A DNA stretch of 64,000 bases from an uncultured Eubacteriales bacterium. Lineage in GTDB: Bacteria; Bacillota; Clostridia; Oscillospirales; Oscillospiraceae. This document shows positions 29,164-38,893 of this stretch, piece by piece. Every line of letters begins with the position of its first letter. Within the stretch, counting starts at the first letter, position 1. The position numbers and the translations under genes were made by a program. The notes under the pieces are model-generated. The model saw only the letters and a program-made list of their open reading frames with translations, was not told where the DNA came from and searched no databases. The stretch is taken from positions 4,589 through 68,588 of the forward strand of contig URDK01000004.1 of NCBI GenBank assembly GCA_900546485.1. The letters are read 5' to 3'.

Positions 29164-30159
29164 ATGCTTGCCGCAGAAAAGCTGCTGCTGCGCGGTGTGG
29201 AGGACGGGGTGTTCCCATATGCGGAGTGGGCAGTCTTTGGACCGGACGGTATTGTGCGTACGGGCGCCACGGAGGGCGGGGGAGGACGCTGGTTTGACCT
29301 CGCGTCTCTGACCAAGACTTTCACTGCAACCGCGCTGCTCGGCATGGTGAAGGCTGGAAAGCTGTATCTTGCACAGAGCGTTGGCGAGCTGCTTGAACCT
29401 GAATCTGCAAAACTGCGGCAATATCTCGATGGAATCAGCCTGTTTTCGCTCATGACACACACCTCCGGGCTTCCTGCCTGGTATCCGTTCTATGCGGACG
29501 GACGGCCGTTTTTCGAGGCACTGGAGGAATTCCTGGACTGTCGTGGGCTCGGAAGCGGGATGGTCTATAGTGACCTTGGCTATATGCTGCTGGGTTTGGT
29601 GCTGAGCAGCAAGGCCGGGGCACTGCTTGAGGAAGTAATTGACCCCATGGGCTTTGGTGTCCGGTACAGGCCGCCCCGCGACCTTGACTTTGCCCCGTCC
29701 TGCCGCGACAACGCAGTGGAGGAGGGGATGTGCGCAGAACTCGGTATGTGCTTTAGCGGCTTCAGGCTGCATCGTACGGACGTGGTCGGCGAGCCGAACG
29801 ACGGCAACGCGCACTATTTCTGGAACGATGTCAGCGGCCATGCTGGACTTTTCGGCACCGTTCAGGCCCTTGCAGGACTCGGCAGGTTTTACCTCACGAC
29901 AAACGACCCCGTGTACCTTGGCGGCGTGACCCCGCAGCCGGGCTGCGAGGGGCGCTGCCTCGTGTTCCACACAGGCGGGGCCTTCCCCACGGGCTGCGGA
30001 CACACCGGCTTTACCGGAACCAGCCTTTGGGTGGACCGCGAACACGGACTAGGCCTTGTGCTGCTGACAAATCGACTTTGCTATGACCATCTGCCGCAGG
30101 CAGATATGAACGCCTTCCGGCGCTCCGTGCACACGGCGCTGCTGGAGGAGCTTACTTGA
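29164..30159 (+). CDS. Serine hydrolase of the beta-lactamase/PBP (class C-like) family
   Basis: SxxK motif SLTK near the N-terminus. 331 aa. Confidence 0.65.
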   Translation: MLAAEKLLLRGVEDGVFPYAEWAVFGPDGIVRTGATEGGGGRWFDLASLTKTFTATALLGMVKAGKLYLAQSVGELLEPESAKLRQYLDGISLFSLMTHTSGLPAWYPFYADGRPFFEALEEFLDCRGLGSGMVYSDLGYMLLGLVLSSKAGALLEEVIDPMGFGVRYRPPRDLDFAPSCRDNAVEEGMCAELGMCFSGFRLHRTDVVGEPNDGNAHYFWNDVSGHAGLFGTVQALAGLGRFYLTTNDPVYLGGVTPQPGCEGRCLVFHTGGAFPTGCGHTGFTGTSLWVDREHGLGLVLLTNRLCYDHLPQADMNAFRRSVHTALLEELT

Positions 30160-30179
30160 GAGAAAGCGAGTAGAATCTG

Positions 30180-31082
30180 ATGATACAGCTCGACCAGCTC
30201 CCAACTGAACAGAGGAACCCCAACACTTCCCAAATAGACCGGCTTTCAACGCTGGAGATGGTACGCAGGATAAATGACGAGGACAAAAAAGTCGCCTTTG
30301 CAGTGGAAAAGGAGCTAGACAGCATTGCAGCGGCCGTGGACGCGATTTACGAGGCACTCAAGAGCGGCGGCAGGCTCATTTACTGCGGCTGCGGCACCTC
30401 AGGCAGACTTGGTATACTCGACGCTGTAGAGTGCCCGCCGACCTTCTCCACGGACCCTGAGATGGTACAGGGCGTGATAGCTGGAGGCGAGCCGGCCCTG
30501 TTCCGAGCCGTTGAGGGCGCTGAGGACAACGCGGACGGCGGCCGTGAGGACATGGTGAAGCTGAACCTGGAAAGCCGCGATATTCTCGTCGGCATAGCCG
30601 CCAGCGGAAGGACGCCCTATGTGCTGGGCGCCATGGCCTATGCCAAGGAGATAGGAGCCGTGACCGTAGCTGTGACCTGCAACAAACACTCACAGATGAA
30701 CGCACTGGCTGACATTTCCATAGGGGTGGAACCCGGTCCGGAGGTCATTACCGGCTCTACGCGGCTCAAATCCGGAACAGCGCAGAAAATGGTGCTGAAC
30801 ATGCTTTCCACCGGCGCAATGATACGCCTGGGTAAAGTATACGGCAACCTGATGGTGGATGTAAAGCCGACGAACGAGAAGCTCGTACGTCGAGCGATAA
30901 GCATAGTCGCAACGGCGGCAAAGGTAGACGAGGACGAGGCTCGCGAGGCCCTGGAGCAGTGCGGATATTCGGCTAAGACGGCCATCGTCATGCTGGTTAA
31001 GCGCCTACCGGCGGCGGAGGCCGAGCGCAGGTTGGCCGAGACGGGCGGGGTCGTCGCCCGCGCCCTTGACGAGGAGGAATGA
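30180..31082 (+). CDS. murQ: N-acetylmuramic acid 6-phosphate etherase
   Basis: SIS domain [16 protein letters not shown] and ...[12 protein letters not shown]. Confidence 0.85.
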   Translation: MIQLDQLPTEQRNPNTSQIDRLSTLEMVRRINDEDKKVAFAVEKELDSIAAAVDAIYEALKSGGRLIYCGCGTSGRLGILDAVECPPTFSTDPEMVQGVIAGGEPALFRAVEGAEDNADGGREDMVKLNLESRDILVGIAASGRTPYVLGAMAYAKEIGAVTVAVTCNKHSQMNALADISIGVEPGPEVITGSTRLKSGTAQKMVLNMLSTGAMIRLGKVYGNLMVDVKPTNEKLVRRAISIVATAAKVDEDEAREALEQCGYSAKTAIVMLVKRLPAAEAERRLAETGGVVARALDEEE

Positions 31083-32635
31083 CCGTGGACATCAAAATCG
31101 CCGCCGGCCAGCGCCTCATGGCAGGACTGCCCGGCACCGAACTTGACCCCGGATTCATCGCGCTCGTACGCGAGTGCAAGGTAGGCAACGTCATACTTTT
31201 TCGCCGCAACGTAAAGAGTGCAGCCCAGCTCGAGAGGCTGTGCACCTCGCTCCGCCGGCTCATTGTATCCGAGACCGGCATCGAGCCCTTTACAGCCATC
31301 GACCAGGAAGGCGGCGTTGTATCACGCTTTTCGCCCGACATGGCGATAACTCCCGGGGCTATGGCCCTTGCGGCAGTCGGAGGAGACGCTCCGTATAAGG
31401 CGGCCAAGATTACGGCCGAGCAGCTTCGAGCCGCGGGCGTAAACTTCGACCTTGCCCCTGTGCTGGACGTAAACTCTAACCCGCTCAACCCGGTCATTGG
31501 TGTTCGCAGCTTCGGCGACGTGCCCGAGAGGGCCGCTGAACGTGCGCTGGGCTTCATGCGGGGACTGCTTGATGGAGGAATAATGGCTTGCGGCAAGCAT
31601 TTCCCCGGACATGGCGACACCGATACCGATTCGCACATAGGTCTGCCAAAGGTCGAAAAGAGCCGCGAGGAACTGGAAAAGTGCGAACTTCTGCCGTTTC
31701 GTCGCGCAATCGAAGCGGGTATTCCCGCCATAATGACAAGTCACGTGCTTTTCCCGGCGATAGAGCCTGAAAAGCTGCCCGCTACTATGTCACGGCGCAT
31801 ACTGACAGGTCTGCTCAGACAGGAGCTGGGATTCGACGGAGTTATAATAAGCGACTGCATGGAGATGGATGCCGTGGCAAAGTATTACGGCACCGTGCAC
31901 GCTGCTACAACGGCCCTCGACGCAGGTGCCGACATAGTCTGTATTTCTCACACCGCGGCACTGGCGCGTGAGACAGCTGAAAAGCTCTGGCAGAGCTATG
32001 CCGCCGCCGAAGGAGAATATGCAGCCGAACTAGAGAGGGCAGGGGAGAGAATAGCTGCCGCAAAACAGCGTTTTACCGGCCTGCCCCAGACCGAGACGCG
32101 GATATTCAAGCTGCGCGAAGCAGCCAGAGAGCTGCTTGAGGAGAGCTTTGTGCTTCTCAACGGTCCACTGCCCGAGCTGGGCGAGCGCCCGTTCTTTACG
32201 GGATGCGCGGGAATACGGGCGAATCTTGCTTCCAGTGCAATGACAGGAACACCCTCTTTTCCCATGGTCATGGCCAGACGCTTCGGCGGCAGCTTTGCAA
32301 TCTGCTCTGATGACCCGGACTCTGAGGAGATAGCTGCTATCGTCAGAAAGGCGCGAGACGCCAGCTGCATAGTGCTCAACACCAGCAGTGCTCTGAGGAA
32401 CAGCGGACAGCTCATCTTGATGCTCGCCCTCGGAAAGCTAAAAAAGCCTATGCTGGTGGTGGCAATGCGCGAGCCATATGAGCTGCGCTATCTGCCAAAG
32501 CACGCGGCAGGCATTGCCGCCTGGGAATACAGCACCCGTTCCACCTCGGCGCTTGCGCACTGTCTGACCGGGCAGCTCCACTGCACTGGGAAGATGCCGC
32601 TTGAGTATTTCCCACTAGAAAGAATTAATCCATAA
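31079..32635 (+). CDS. nagZ: Beta-N-acetylhexosaminidase (GH3, NagZ-like)
   Basis: GH3 motifs [14 protein letters not shown] and CMEMD. 518 aa. ATGA-coupled to murQ. Confidence 0.8.
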   Translation: MTVDIKIAAGQRLMAGLPGTELDPGFIALVRECKVGNVILFRRNVKSAAQLERLCTSLRRLIVSETGIEPFTAIDQEGGVVSRFSPDMAITPGAMALAAVGGDAPYKAAKITAEQLRAAGVNFDLAPVLDVNSNPLNPVIGVRSFGDVPERAAERALGFMRGLLDGGIMACGKHFPGHGDTDTDSHIGLPKVEKSREELEKCELLPFRRAIEAGIPAIMTSHVLFPAIEPEKLPATMSRRILTGLLRQELGFDGVIISDCMEMDAVAKYYGTVHAATTALDAGADIVCISHTAALARETAEKLWQSYAAAEGEYAAELERAGERIAAAKQRFTGLPQTETRIFKLREAARELLEESFVLLNGPLPELGERPFFTGCAGIRANLASSAMTGTPSFPMVMARRFGGSFAICSDDPDSEEIAAIVRKARDASCIVLNTSSALRNSGQLILMLALGKLKKPMLVVAMREPYELRYLPKHAAGIAAWEYSTRSTSALAHCLTGQLHCTGKMPLEYFPLERINP

Positions 32636-32661
32636 TTTTTGTTAAAAAGAACTTTTATTTC

Positions 32662-32690
32662 TTTACATAAGAGAAAGCCCATGGTATAAT
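32662..32690 (+). promoter_or_regulatory. Sigma-A-type promoter of the ABC importer operon
   Basis: TTTACA - 17 nt - TATAAT. Confidence 0.5.
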
Positions 32691-32758
32691 GTGCCCAATA
32701 GGGCAGTTCGGGAGGAAGAACCGGACTGTGAGTGATAAATAAATTTAAGGAGGACGAC

Positions 32759-34057
32759 ATGAAGAAACTACTTGCGCTTATCCTTGTCGCTGCGCTCTGC
32801 GTGGCCCTGCTTGCCGGCTGCGGCACGACTGAGACCACCACCAGCGAGCCCCCCGCGGACGACGCGGCTGAGAGCCCGGCCGGCGGCGATACCGCTGCAA
32901 CTGAGCTGAAGCTCTGGCTGCCCGTCTATCAGTTTGGCGACGGCATCTCCGACGAGGAGTTCTGGAACGAAAAGCTCGATGCGTTCGAGGCCGAGAACAA
33001 CTGCACCGTCACCGTTGAGATCCAGGGCTGGACCGACTATGCTACCAACATCTACACCGGTCTGCTCTCCAACGAGGGTCCGGATGTTGTCTACGTCACC
33101 GAGACCTATGACATCATCAGCTCCGACCTCATTATCCCCCTCGACCCCTACCTGACTCAGGAGGACTATGACCTCTATATGTATCTCGAGCAGGGTGCCT
33201 ACAACTCTAACGGCGAGCTGTGCACCTTCCCGATGATGCCGGGCAACCCCTGCGTCATGTACTTCAACATGGATATGCTTGAGGCTGCCGGCATAACCGA
33301 GCTCCCCACGACCTGGGATGAGTTCTACGATGTCTGCGTTGCCCTCAAGGAGGCCAATCCCGACGTAATGCCCTTCACCTCCTCCTGGGGTGCCTCCAAC
33401 GGCGTTTCCGCGCTTCTGACCAGCTTCTGGCCCTTCTTCTTCCAGGCCGGCGGCACTGTCCTGACCGAGACCGGCGAGCTGAACATGGACAGCGAGGCCA
33501 CCCTCGAGGCCCTGAACTTCATCAAGAAGCTCCGTGACGCTGATATACTCGATGAGAGCGCCGTCTCCATGGATGATCCCGGCGGAAAGTTTGCCAACGG
33601 TGAGGCCGCTATAGTCATCGTCGGCACCGGCACCAGCGGCAGCTTCACCGAGGCCGGCATCAACTGGGAGTGCATCTTCGCTCTCGAGGGCCCCGGCGGC
33701 ACCGCCACCAACTTCTCCGTTGACTCCCTTGCCATCAGCAAGTACTGCGAGAACCCCGAGCTCGCTGCCAAGCTCATCAAGTACATAACCAGCGCCGAGT
33801 GCATGGATGACTTCCACACCCAGATCTACGGCATGCCTTCCATCACCACTGACGCCACCTACACTGAGCCCGAACCGTTCCAGAGCATGTACACTGACTA
33901 CGCTGACGCCATGTACGCCGTTCCCTCCTTCGAGGGCAGCGCCTCCTTCATGGACACCTTCCAGCAGAACGTCCAGGGCATGCTCATGGGCCAGCTCACT
34001 CCTGAGCAGGTCATCAGCGAGACCATGACTTACTACAACGAGCAGATAAAGCAGTAA
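32759..34057 (+). CDS. Sugar ABC transporter substrate-binding lipoprotein (family 1 SBP)
   Basis: Lipobox LLAGCG. 432 aa. Confidence 0.8.
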   Translation: MKKLLALILVAALCVALLAGCGTTETTTSEPPADDAAESPAGGDTAATELKLWLPVYQFGDGISDEEFWNEKLDAFEAENNCTVTVEIQGWTDYATNIYTGLLSNEGPDVVYVTETYDIISSDLIIPLDPYLTQEDYDLYMYLEQGAYNSNGELCTFPMMPGNPCVMYFNMDMLEAAGITELPTTWDEFYDVCVALKEANPDVMPFTSSWGASNGVSALLTSFWPFFFQAGGTVLTETGELNMDSEATLEALNFIKKLRDADILDESAVSMDDPGGKFANGEAAIVIVGTGTSGSFTEAGINWECIFALEGPGGTATNFSVDSLAISKYCENPELAAKLIKYITSAECMDDFHTQIYGMPSITTDATYTEPEPFQSMYTDYADAMYAVPSFEGSASFMDTFQQNVQGMLMGQLTPEQVISETMTYYNEQIKQ

Positions 34058-34073
34058 CCCAGTAACCTCTTGG

Positions 34074-34120
34074 AAACCGGGCATGGCCGGAGAACGACGA
34101 TGCCCGGTTTCTCCTATTTT
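34074..34120 (+). terminator. Intra-operon hairpin (partial terminator/attenuator) between the SBP and permease genes
   Basis: aaaccgggcat...atgcccggttt followed by a T-rich tract. Confidence 0.45.
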
Positions 34121-34141
34121 AAGCAAGGTGTGGTGAACGGT

Positions 34142-35038
34142 ATGAACAAAGCGAGGCGGCGCTCTCCTCTGATGCGCCGGCAGGCGGCCTACGGCATTGC
34201 CTATATAACACCTGGCATGCTGATTGTTATGGCCTTCTGCATCGTGCCCATCTTTATGACGCTGTATTACAGCTTCACTAGCTACAATCTGGCGCAGGAC
34301 CCGACTTTTATTGCGCTGGAAAACTATGAAAAGCTGTTTACAAACACGCAGCTGCGCAAGGCACTGTGGAACACGGTCATTTATGTCATCATAACTGTGC
34401 CGCTGCAGACGCTGCTGGCTATGTTTGTGGCTAACTTCCTGGCAGAGTATCTCAATAACCGCTATGGCCGCTTTCTGCGCAGCGTCATCTTCATTCCAAC
34501 GCTTGTGAGCTATGTGGCCGCGGCTACGGTGTGGAAGATAATACTCGCCGACAAAGGCGGACTTTTGAACGAGTTTCTCGCTCTGTTTGGTATCCAGGGA
34601 ATGAACTGGCTGGGTGACCAGAAAACGGCACTGATCTGTGTATCGTTGGTTGCCGTATGGAAGAGCGTTGGCTACTTCACTATCATCTTCTACGCCGGCA
34701 TAATGAACATATCCGTCGACGTCCGCGAGGCGTCGATCATAGACGGCGCAACGCCAAGGCAGAGATTCTGGCGCATAACGGCGCCGCTGCTCAAGCCCAT
34801 CACCTATATGAACGCTACACTGGGCATAATCTGGTCCTTCCAGGCCTTTGACATCGTATACAAGCTGACCGGCGGCGGGCCGTTTAACTCCACGTCGACG
34901 ATCGCCTACATTATATACGCCTACGGCTTCCAGGATTATCGTATAGGCTATGCCTGCGCGATAGCCATAATGCTGCTGATAGTTATCCTTATAATACATC
35001 TGATTCAGCAGCATTTCTTCGACGAAAAGGAGGAGTAA
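34142..35038 (+). CDS. Sugar ABC transporter permease (MalF/UgpA-like)
   Basis: 6 TM and an EAA loop. The start is uncertain (34100 or 34142). Confidence 0.75.
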   Translation: MNKARRRSPLMRRQAAYGIAYITPGMLIVMAFCIVPIFMTLYYSFTSYNLAQDPTFIALENYEKLFTNTQLRKALWNTVIYVIITVPLQTLLAMFVANFLAEYLNNRYGRFLRSVIFIPTLVSYVAAATVWKIILADKGGLLNEFLALFGIQGMNWLGDQKTALICVSLVAVWKSVGYFTIIFYAGIMNISVDVREASIIDGATPRQRFWRITAPLLKPITYMNATLGIIWSFQAFDIVYKLTGGGPFNSTSTIAYIIYAYGFQDYRIGYACAIAIMLLIVILIIHLIQQHFFDEKEE

Positions 35039-35040
35039 GC

Positions 35041-35865
35041 ATGGTAAAGTCGGATAGAAAACGCCCGAGCTTCTATATCGGTGTCGTACTCGTCACGCTC
35101 TTTGCAATGCTGTGCGTGATACCGCTCATATACATGGTTTGCGTCTCATTTGCGCATACCTCGACTATGTATATCAAGCTGGATGACATTGACTTCACCG
35201 ATTTTTCGAACTACATCTATCTTTTCGTCAACAAGGATTTCGGACGTCCGCTGCTCAACAGCATTATCGTTGTTATTGCAAGTGTGATTATCGTCGACAT
35301 AGTGTCCTGCTCCATGGCATATGGCTTCGAAAAAAAGCCTGTTCCGGGCAAAAAACCGCTGTTCAACATGGTGTTGGCGACTATGATGATACCCACTCAG
35401 GTCGTGTTCATCTCGCTCTATGTCATGATGCGCAAGGCCAACATGCTCAACACCTATGTCGCGCTTGTCATTCCGCTCATCGGAGCCTTCGGCGTTTTCA
35501 TGATGCGTCAGTTCATCAGGGGAGTGCCCAATGACTTCATCGAGGCTGCGCAGATAGACGGCTGTTCCGAGTTGCGTATATATTTCCGAGTGGTACTGCC
35601 CATGGTCAGGCCCGCGAGGATAACCCTTGCCGTGTTCACCTTCAACTCGGCCTGGAATATGTTCCTCTGGCCTCTGATCGCCACGACCAAGAACGAGATG
35701 CAGACACTTACGCTTGCCACGTCCTCGCTGACGAGCCACCTTGCCACAAACTACGGCTATCCCATGGCGGCGGCAACCATCTCGTTTATAGTTCCGTTTG
35801 TGCTCTACTGCCTGATGCAGAAGCAGTTCGTTGAAGGCATTGCCCTTGGAGGTGTCAAGGGCTGA
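35041..35865 (+). CDS. Sugar ABC transporter permease (MalG/UgpE-like)
   Basis: EAA-loop region IEAAQIDGCSELRIYFRVVLP. Confidence 0.8.
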   Translation: MVKSDRKRPSFYIGVVLVTLFAMLCVIPLIYMVCVSFAHTSTMYIKLDDIDFTDFSNYIYLFVNKDFGRPLLNSIIVVIASVIIVDIVSCSMAYGFEKKPVPGKKPLFNMVLATMMIPTQVVFISLYVMMRKANMLNTYVALVIPLIGAFGVFMMRQFIRGVPNDFIEAAQIDGCSELRIYFRVVLPMVRPARITLAVFTFNSAWNMFLWPLIATTKNEMQTLTLATSSLTSHLATNYGYPMAAATISFIVPFVLYCLMQKQFVEGIALGGVKG

Positions 35866-36692
35866 TGTACGGGCCGGACGTAAGAAGAATACTCTCACGC
35901 TGGCCATATCCTGATGCGGCGGTCGCGGCCTATTCCACGGCCATGACCGCCGCTTTCGGCAATTCCGAGGCCCGCTGCGAGATTGAGACAGCCGCTGCTG
36001 ATTATGAAGCAGGGAAGGAGATAGACGCGCGTGCTCTTCTCGCACGTATGGAGGAGCTGGCGCTGGACTGCGGCGTTTCTGCGTACACGATGAGGATGCT
36101 CCCGCTTATCGCTCTGCTCGACACAGCGGAGAAAAAATACAGCGAACGCGGGCTTTCCGAGGAAATGTTCCGCAATTCCTTCGCGGACCTGCTTTGGAAA
36201 ACGCTTGAGTGCGAGCGGTTTCACGGAATCTGGGGCTCAACAGCCGCACTGTGGACCTGGCGCTTTTTTGAGTTCCGTATCTTCGGGCTGGGCAGACTCC
36301 AATTTGAGCCCGTAGAGTTTGGAGGAAAGGCGGCGCTGAGCGTTCACATACCCTCGTCCGGACCGCTGATTTACGCTGACTGCCAGGACTCTTATGCGAG
36401 GGCTGCGGAGTTCTTCGGCTTTAGCCGCTTTTTCTGCGACTCATGGCTGCTGCACCCGGTTTGCCGGGGGCTGCCCGAAAACTCGGGCATTCGCCGCTTT
36501 GCCTCGGACTATGAGCTCCAGTTCGTGACCGATGACCCCAAATTTCTGGACGTTTGGAACATCTTTGGAACCGCTTGGACAGGCGACGCATCTGCCTTGC
36601 CAGCGGATACGAGCCTGCGGCGTCTCTGGCGTGAGCATCTGCTTTCAGGCGGCCTTCCAGGGCGTGGCAGCGGGCTGTATGAAAGTTTCTGA
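35865..36692 (+). CDS. Hypothetical protein, possibly an acyltransferase-like domain protein (DUF5596-like)
   Basis: 275 aa, no TM, ATGA-coupled to the permease gene. Confidence 0.45.
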   Translation: MYGPDVRRILSRWPYPDAAVAAYSTAMTAAFGNSEARCEIETAAADYEAGKEIDARALLARMEELALDCGVSAYTMRMLPLIALLDTAEKKYSERGLSEEMFRNSFADLLWKTLECERFHGIWGSTAALWTWRFFEFRIFGLGRLQFEPVEFGGKAALSVHIPSSGPLIYADCQDSYARAAEFFGFSRFFCDSWLLHPVCRGLPENSGIRRFASDYELQFVTDDPKFLDVWNIFGTAWTGDASALPADTSLRRLWREHLLSGGLPGRGSGLYESF

Positions 36693-36759
36693 GAAAGAAA
36701 GTTTCATTGCTGAGGTAATTGTGTTATACTGAGCTTAACAAGGCGTCAGGAGGCATGAC

Positions 36760-37620
36760 ATGACCGACATAGAAATTAAAACACGGAGCATATATGATCA
36801 GCTGAGCCCCGCGGAACAAAAGGTTGCCTGGTACTTCTTACAGAACCTCGGTTCTGTCTTTGACGACCCGATAGCCGTTCTGGCTGAGAAAAGCGGCGTA
36901 AGTCAGGTCATGTGGGTGCGTTTCTGCAAGGCGCTGGGCTTTTCCGGGCTGAAAGACATGAAGAAAAATCTTTTCTTCCAGCTCAGCCAGCAGCGTGCTG
37001 AGGCCTCAGCGCCAAGCATGGATTTCCTAGATACGCGCACATATTCAAGCGTTGAGGGCATCATCAGCGGCGTGGAGGCCGGAGCCCTGGAAGCAGTGCG
37101 CAGCACGGCCCAGATACAGGACGCAGCCCTGATAGAGACTGTGGCCGCCAAAATTGCCGAGGCCGACACCGTTCGCCTTTTTGGCGTAGGCGCTTCTGGA
37201 CTTGTGGCCAGCGATCTGTACTACAAGCTGCTGCGTGTGAATGTGAACGCCGTGTTCTGTACCGACCTGCATGTTCAGCTCACTTATATCACCGGCGCAA
37301 AGCCGGGAGATGTGACCATTTTCTTCTCGAACTCCGGCAACACCACTGAGATACTCGAGCTTGCACGAGCCGCGCGCGAGCGCGGCGCCTGCGTAGTTGC
37401 CGTGACCAAGTATGGACCGAATCAGCTTTCAGAGCTGGCCGACTACGTCCTGCCAACTTCGTCGCCGGAGCTTCAGTTCCGCAGCGGGGCAACGAGCAGC
37501 CGCCTGGCCGCGCTCTTTGTTGTGGACGTGCTTTTTACCACGCTGTGCAACAAGAACTATTCGACCGTGGCAAAGCCGCTGGCGGAGAGCTATTCCCAGT
37601 GCAGCAGGCACCACGCCTGA
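36760..37620 (+). CDS. murR: MurR/RpiR-family transcriptional regulator (HTH plus SIS)
   Basis: N-terminal HTH_6 (LSPAEQKVAWYFL) and a C-terminal SIS domain. Confidence 0.8.
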   Translation: MTDIEIKTRSIYDQLSPAEQKVAWYFLQNLGSVFDDPIAVLAEKSGVSQVMWVRFCKALGFSGLKDMKKNLFFQLSQQRAEASAPSMDFLDTRTYSSVEGIISGVEAGALEAVRSTAQIQDAALIETVAAKIAEADTVRLFGVGASGLVASDLYYKLLRVNVNAVFCTDLHVQLTYITGAKPGDVTIFFSNSGNTTEILELARAARERGACVVAVTKYGPNQLSELADYVLPTSSPELQFRSGATSSRLAALFVVDVLFTTLCNKNYSTVAKPLAESYSQCSRHHA

Positions 37621-37639
37621 TAAAAGAGAGGAGAGGCGC

Positions 37640-38728
37640 ATGAAGATAACAGGTTTTCGTATCGGCCTCGTATCTGCCAAGCTCCGGGTGCCGTTCAAGA
37701 CGGCGCTCAGGACTGTAAACAGCCTTGAGGACGTGATAGTCGAGCTTGAGACCTCAACAGGCCAAATCGGAAGGGGGGAGGCTCCTCCCACCGTGGCCAT
37801 AACAGGGGAAACGCTCGATTCGATCATCGCCGCGCTGAGGGACTGCATCTGTCCCAGACTTGTGGGGCGCGATATCTCAGATTTTGAGGCGCTCCAAAAC
37901 GCCGTGGAGACAGCAATAGTTGGTAACAGCAGCGCAAAAGCCGCTGCTGATATAGCGCTTTGGGATTTGTATGCTCAGGACTGCCGTCTGCCCTTGTACC
38001 GGTTGCTCGGAGGCGGGGCTCCGCGTCTGGAAACCGACCTCACGATAAGCGTAAATAGTCCTGATATTATGGCTAAAGACGCGGAATACGGCGTGAACAA
38101 TGGATATAATGTTCTGAAAATCAAGGTTGGCATAGACCCGGAGCTGGATTTTGCTCGACTCCGCTCCGTACGTGATGCGGCAAAAAACGCCAAAATCCGT
38201 ATAGATGCCAACCAGGCCTGGACTCCAAAGCAGGCTGTGCGGCTCCTTGACCGCATGCAGGACGCGGGACTCGATATAGAGCTGGTTGAGCAGCCTGTGA
38301 AGGCGCGCGACTTGGAAGGCCTCAAGTTTGTAACTGCTAACTCGCCGGTTCCTGTGCTGGCAGATGAGAGCGTATTTTCGCCACGCGACGCGCTGCACAT
38401 AATGCAGGAGCGTGCCGCCGATATGATAAATATCAAGCTGATGAAGTGCGGCGGTATAACCAACGCACTGAGGATAGCGTCTGCAGCTGAGGTATACGGC
38501 GTCGAGTGTATGATGGGCTGTATGCTGGAGGCCAAGGTCAGCGTAACTGCGGCGGCGCATCTGGCGTGTGCGAGAAACATTGTGACACGCATAGACCTGG
38601 ACGGTCCGGCGCTGTGTGTCGAGGACCCGGTCATTGGCGGAGCGCGGTTTAATGGACCGGAGATAAGTCTGACAGATACATACGGACTTGGAATAAGCGG
38701 CATAGAAGCTTTGCGTTACATTGTATAG
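37640..38728 (+). CDS. L-Ala-D/L-Glu dipeptide epimerase (enolase superfamily)
   Basis: MR/MLE fold with KxK (VLKIKVG) and metal ligands IDANQAW...ELVEQP...LADES. 362 aa. Confidence 0.75.
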   Translation: MKITGFRIGLVSAKLRVPFKTALRTVNSLEDVIVELETSTGQIGRGEAPPTVAITGETLDSIIAALRDCICPRLVGRDISDFEALQNAVETAIVGNSSAKAAADIALWDLYAQDCRLPLYRLLGGGAPRLETDLTISVNSPDIMAKDAEYGVNNGYNVLKIKVGIDPELDFARLRSVRDAAKNAKIRIDANQAWTPKQAVRLLDRMQDAGLDIELVEQPVKARDLEGLKFVTANSPVPVLADESVFSPRDALHIMQERAADMINIKLMKCGGITNALRIASAAEVYGVECMMGCMLEAKVSVTAAAHLACARNIVTRIDLDGPALCVEDPVIGGARFNGPEISLTDTYGLGISGIEALRYIV

Positions 38729-38794
38729 TAAGAGTATAGTAAAGGCGGCCCCGGAAGTTAAAAACAGCTTTTGGGGCCGTTTGGGCCTCCTCCA

Positions 38795-38824
38795 AATTAA
38801 ACAAAATTTTTATTTTGTTTAATT
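38795..38824. repeat. Perfect 13-bp AT-rich inverted repeat (AATTAAACAAAAT-tttt-ATTTTGTTTAATT)
   Basis: Read directly. It is a likely bidirectional terminator, or a protein-binding site, upstream of the xerC-like gene. Confidence 0.5.
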
Positions 38825-38841
38825 ATTTGTGCATTTCCAGG

Positions 38842-38870
38842 TTTACAATTTGCTCCCCTTGCCTTACAAT
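38842..38870 (+). promoter_or_regulatory. Sigma-A-type promoter of the xerC-like gene
   Basis: TTTACA - 17 nt - TACAAT. Confidence 0.45.
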
Positions 38871-38893
38871 ATAATAGCTGGAGGTGAATCAGT

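Noticed and set aside
32768-35014. 748-aa minus-strand ORF antisense to the ABC importer genes
   Set aside because: Low-complexity Gly/Ala/Val/Asp-rich translation typical of a GC-rich antisense frame. The plus strand encodes well-recognised SBP and permease proteins.
37412-37639. 5' extension of the dipeptide-epimerase ORF overlapping murR
   Set aside because: The same reasoning applies. An internal ATG with an AGGAGAGGCG RBS follows directly after the murR stop.
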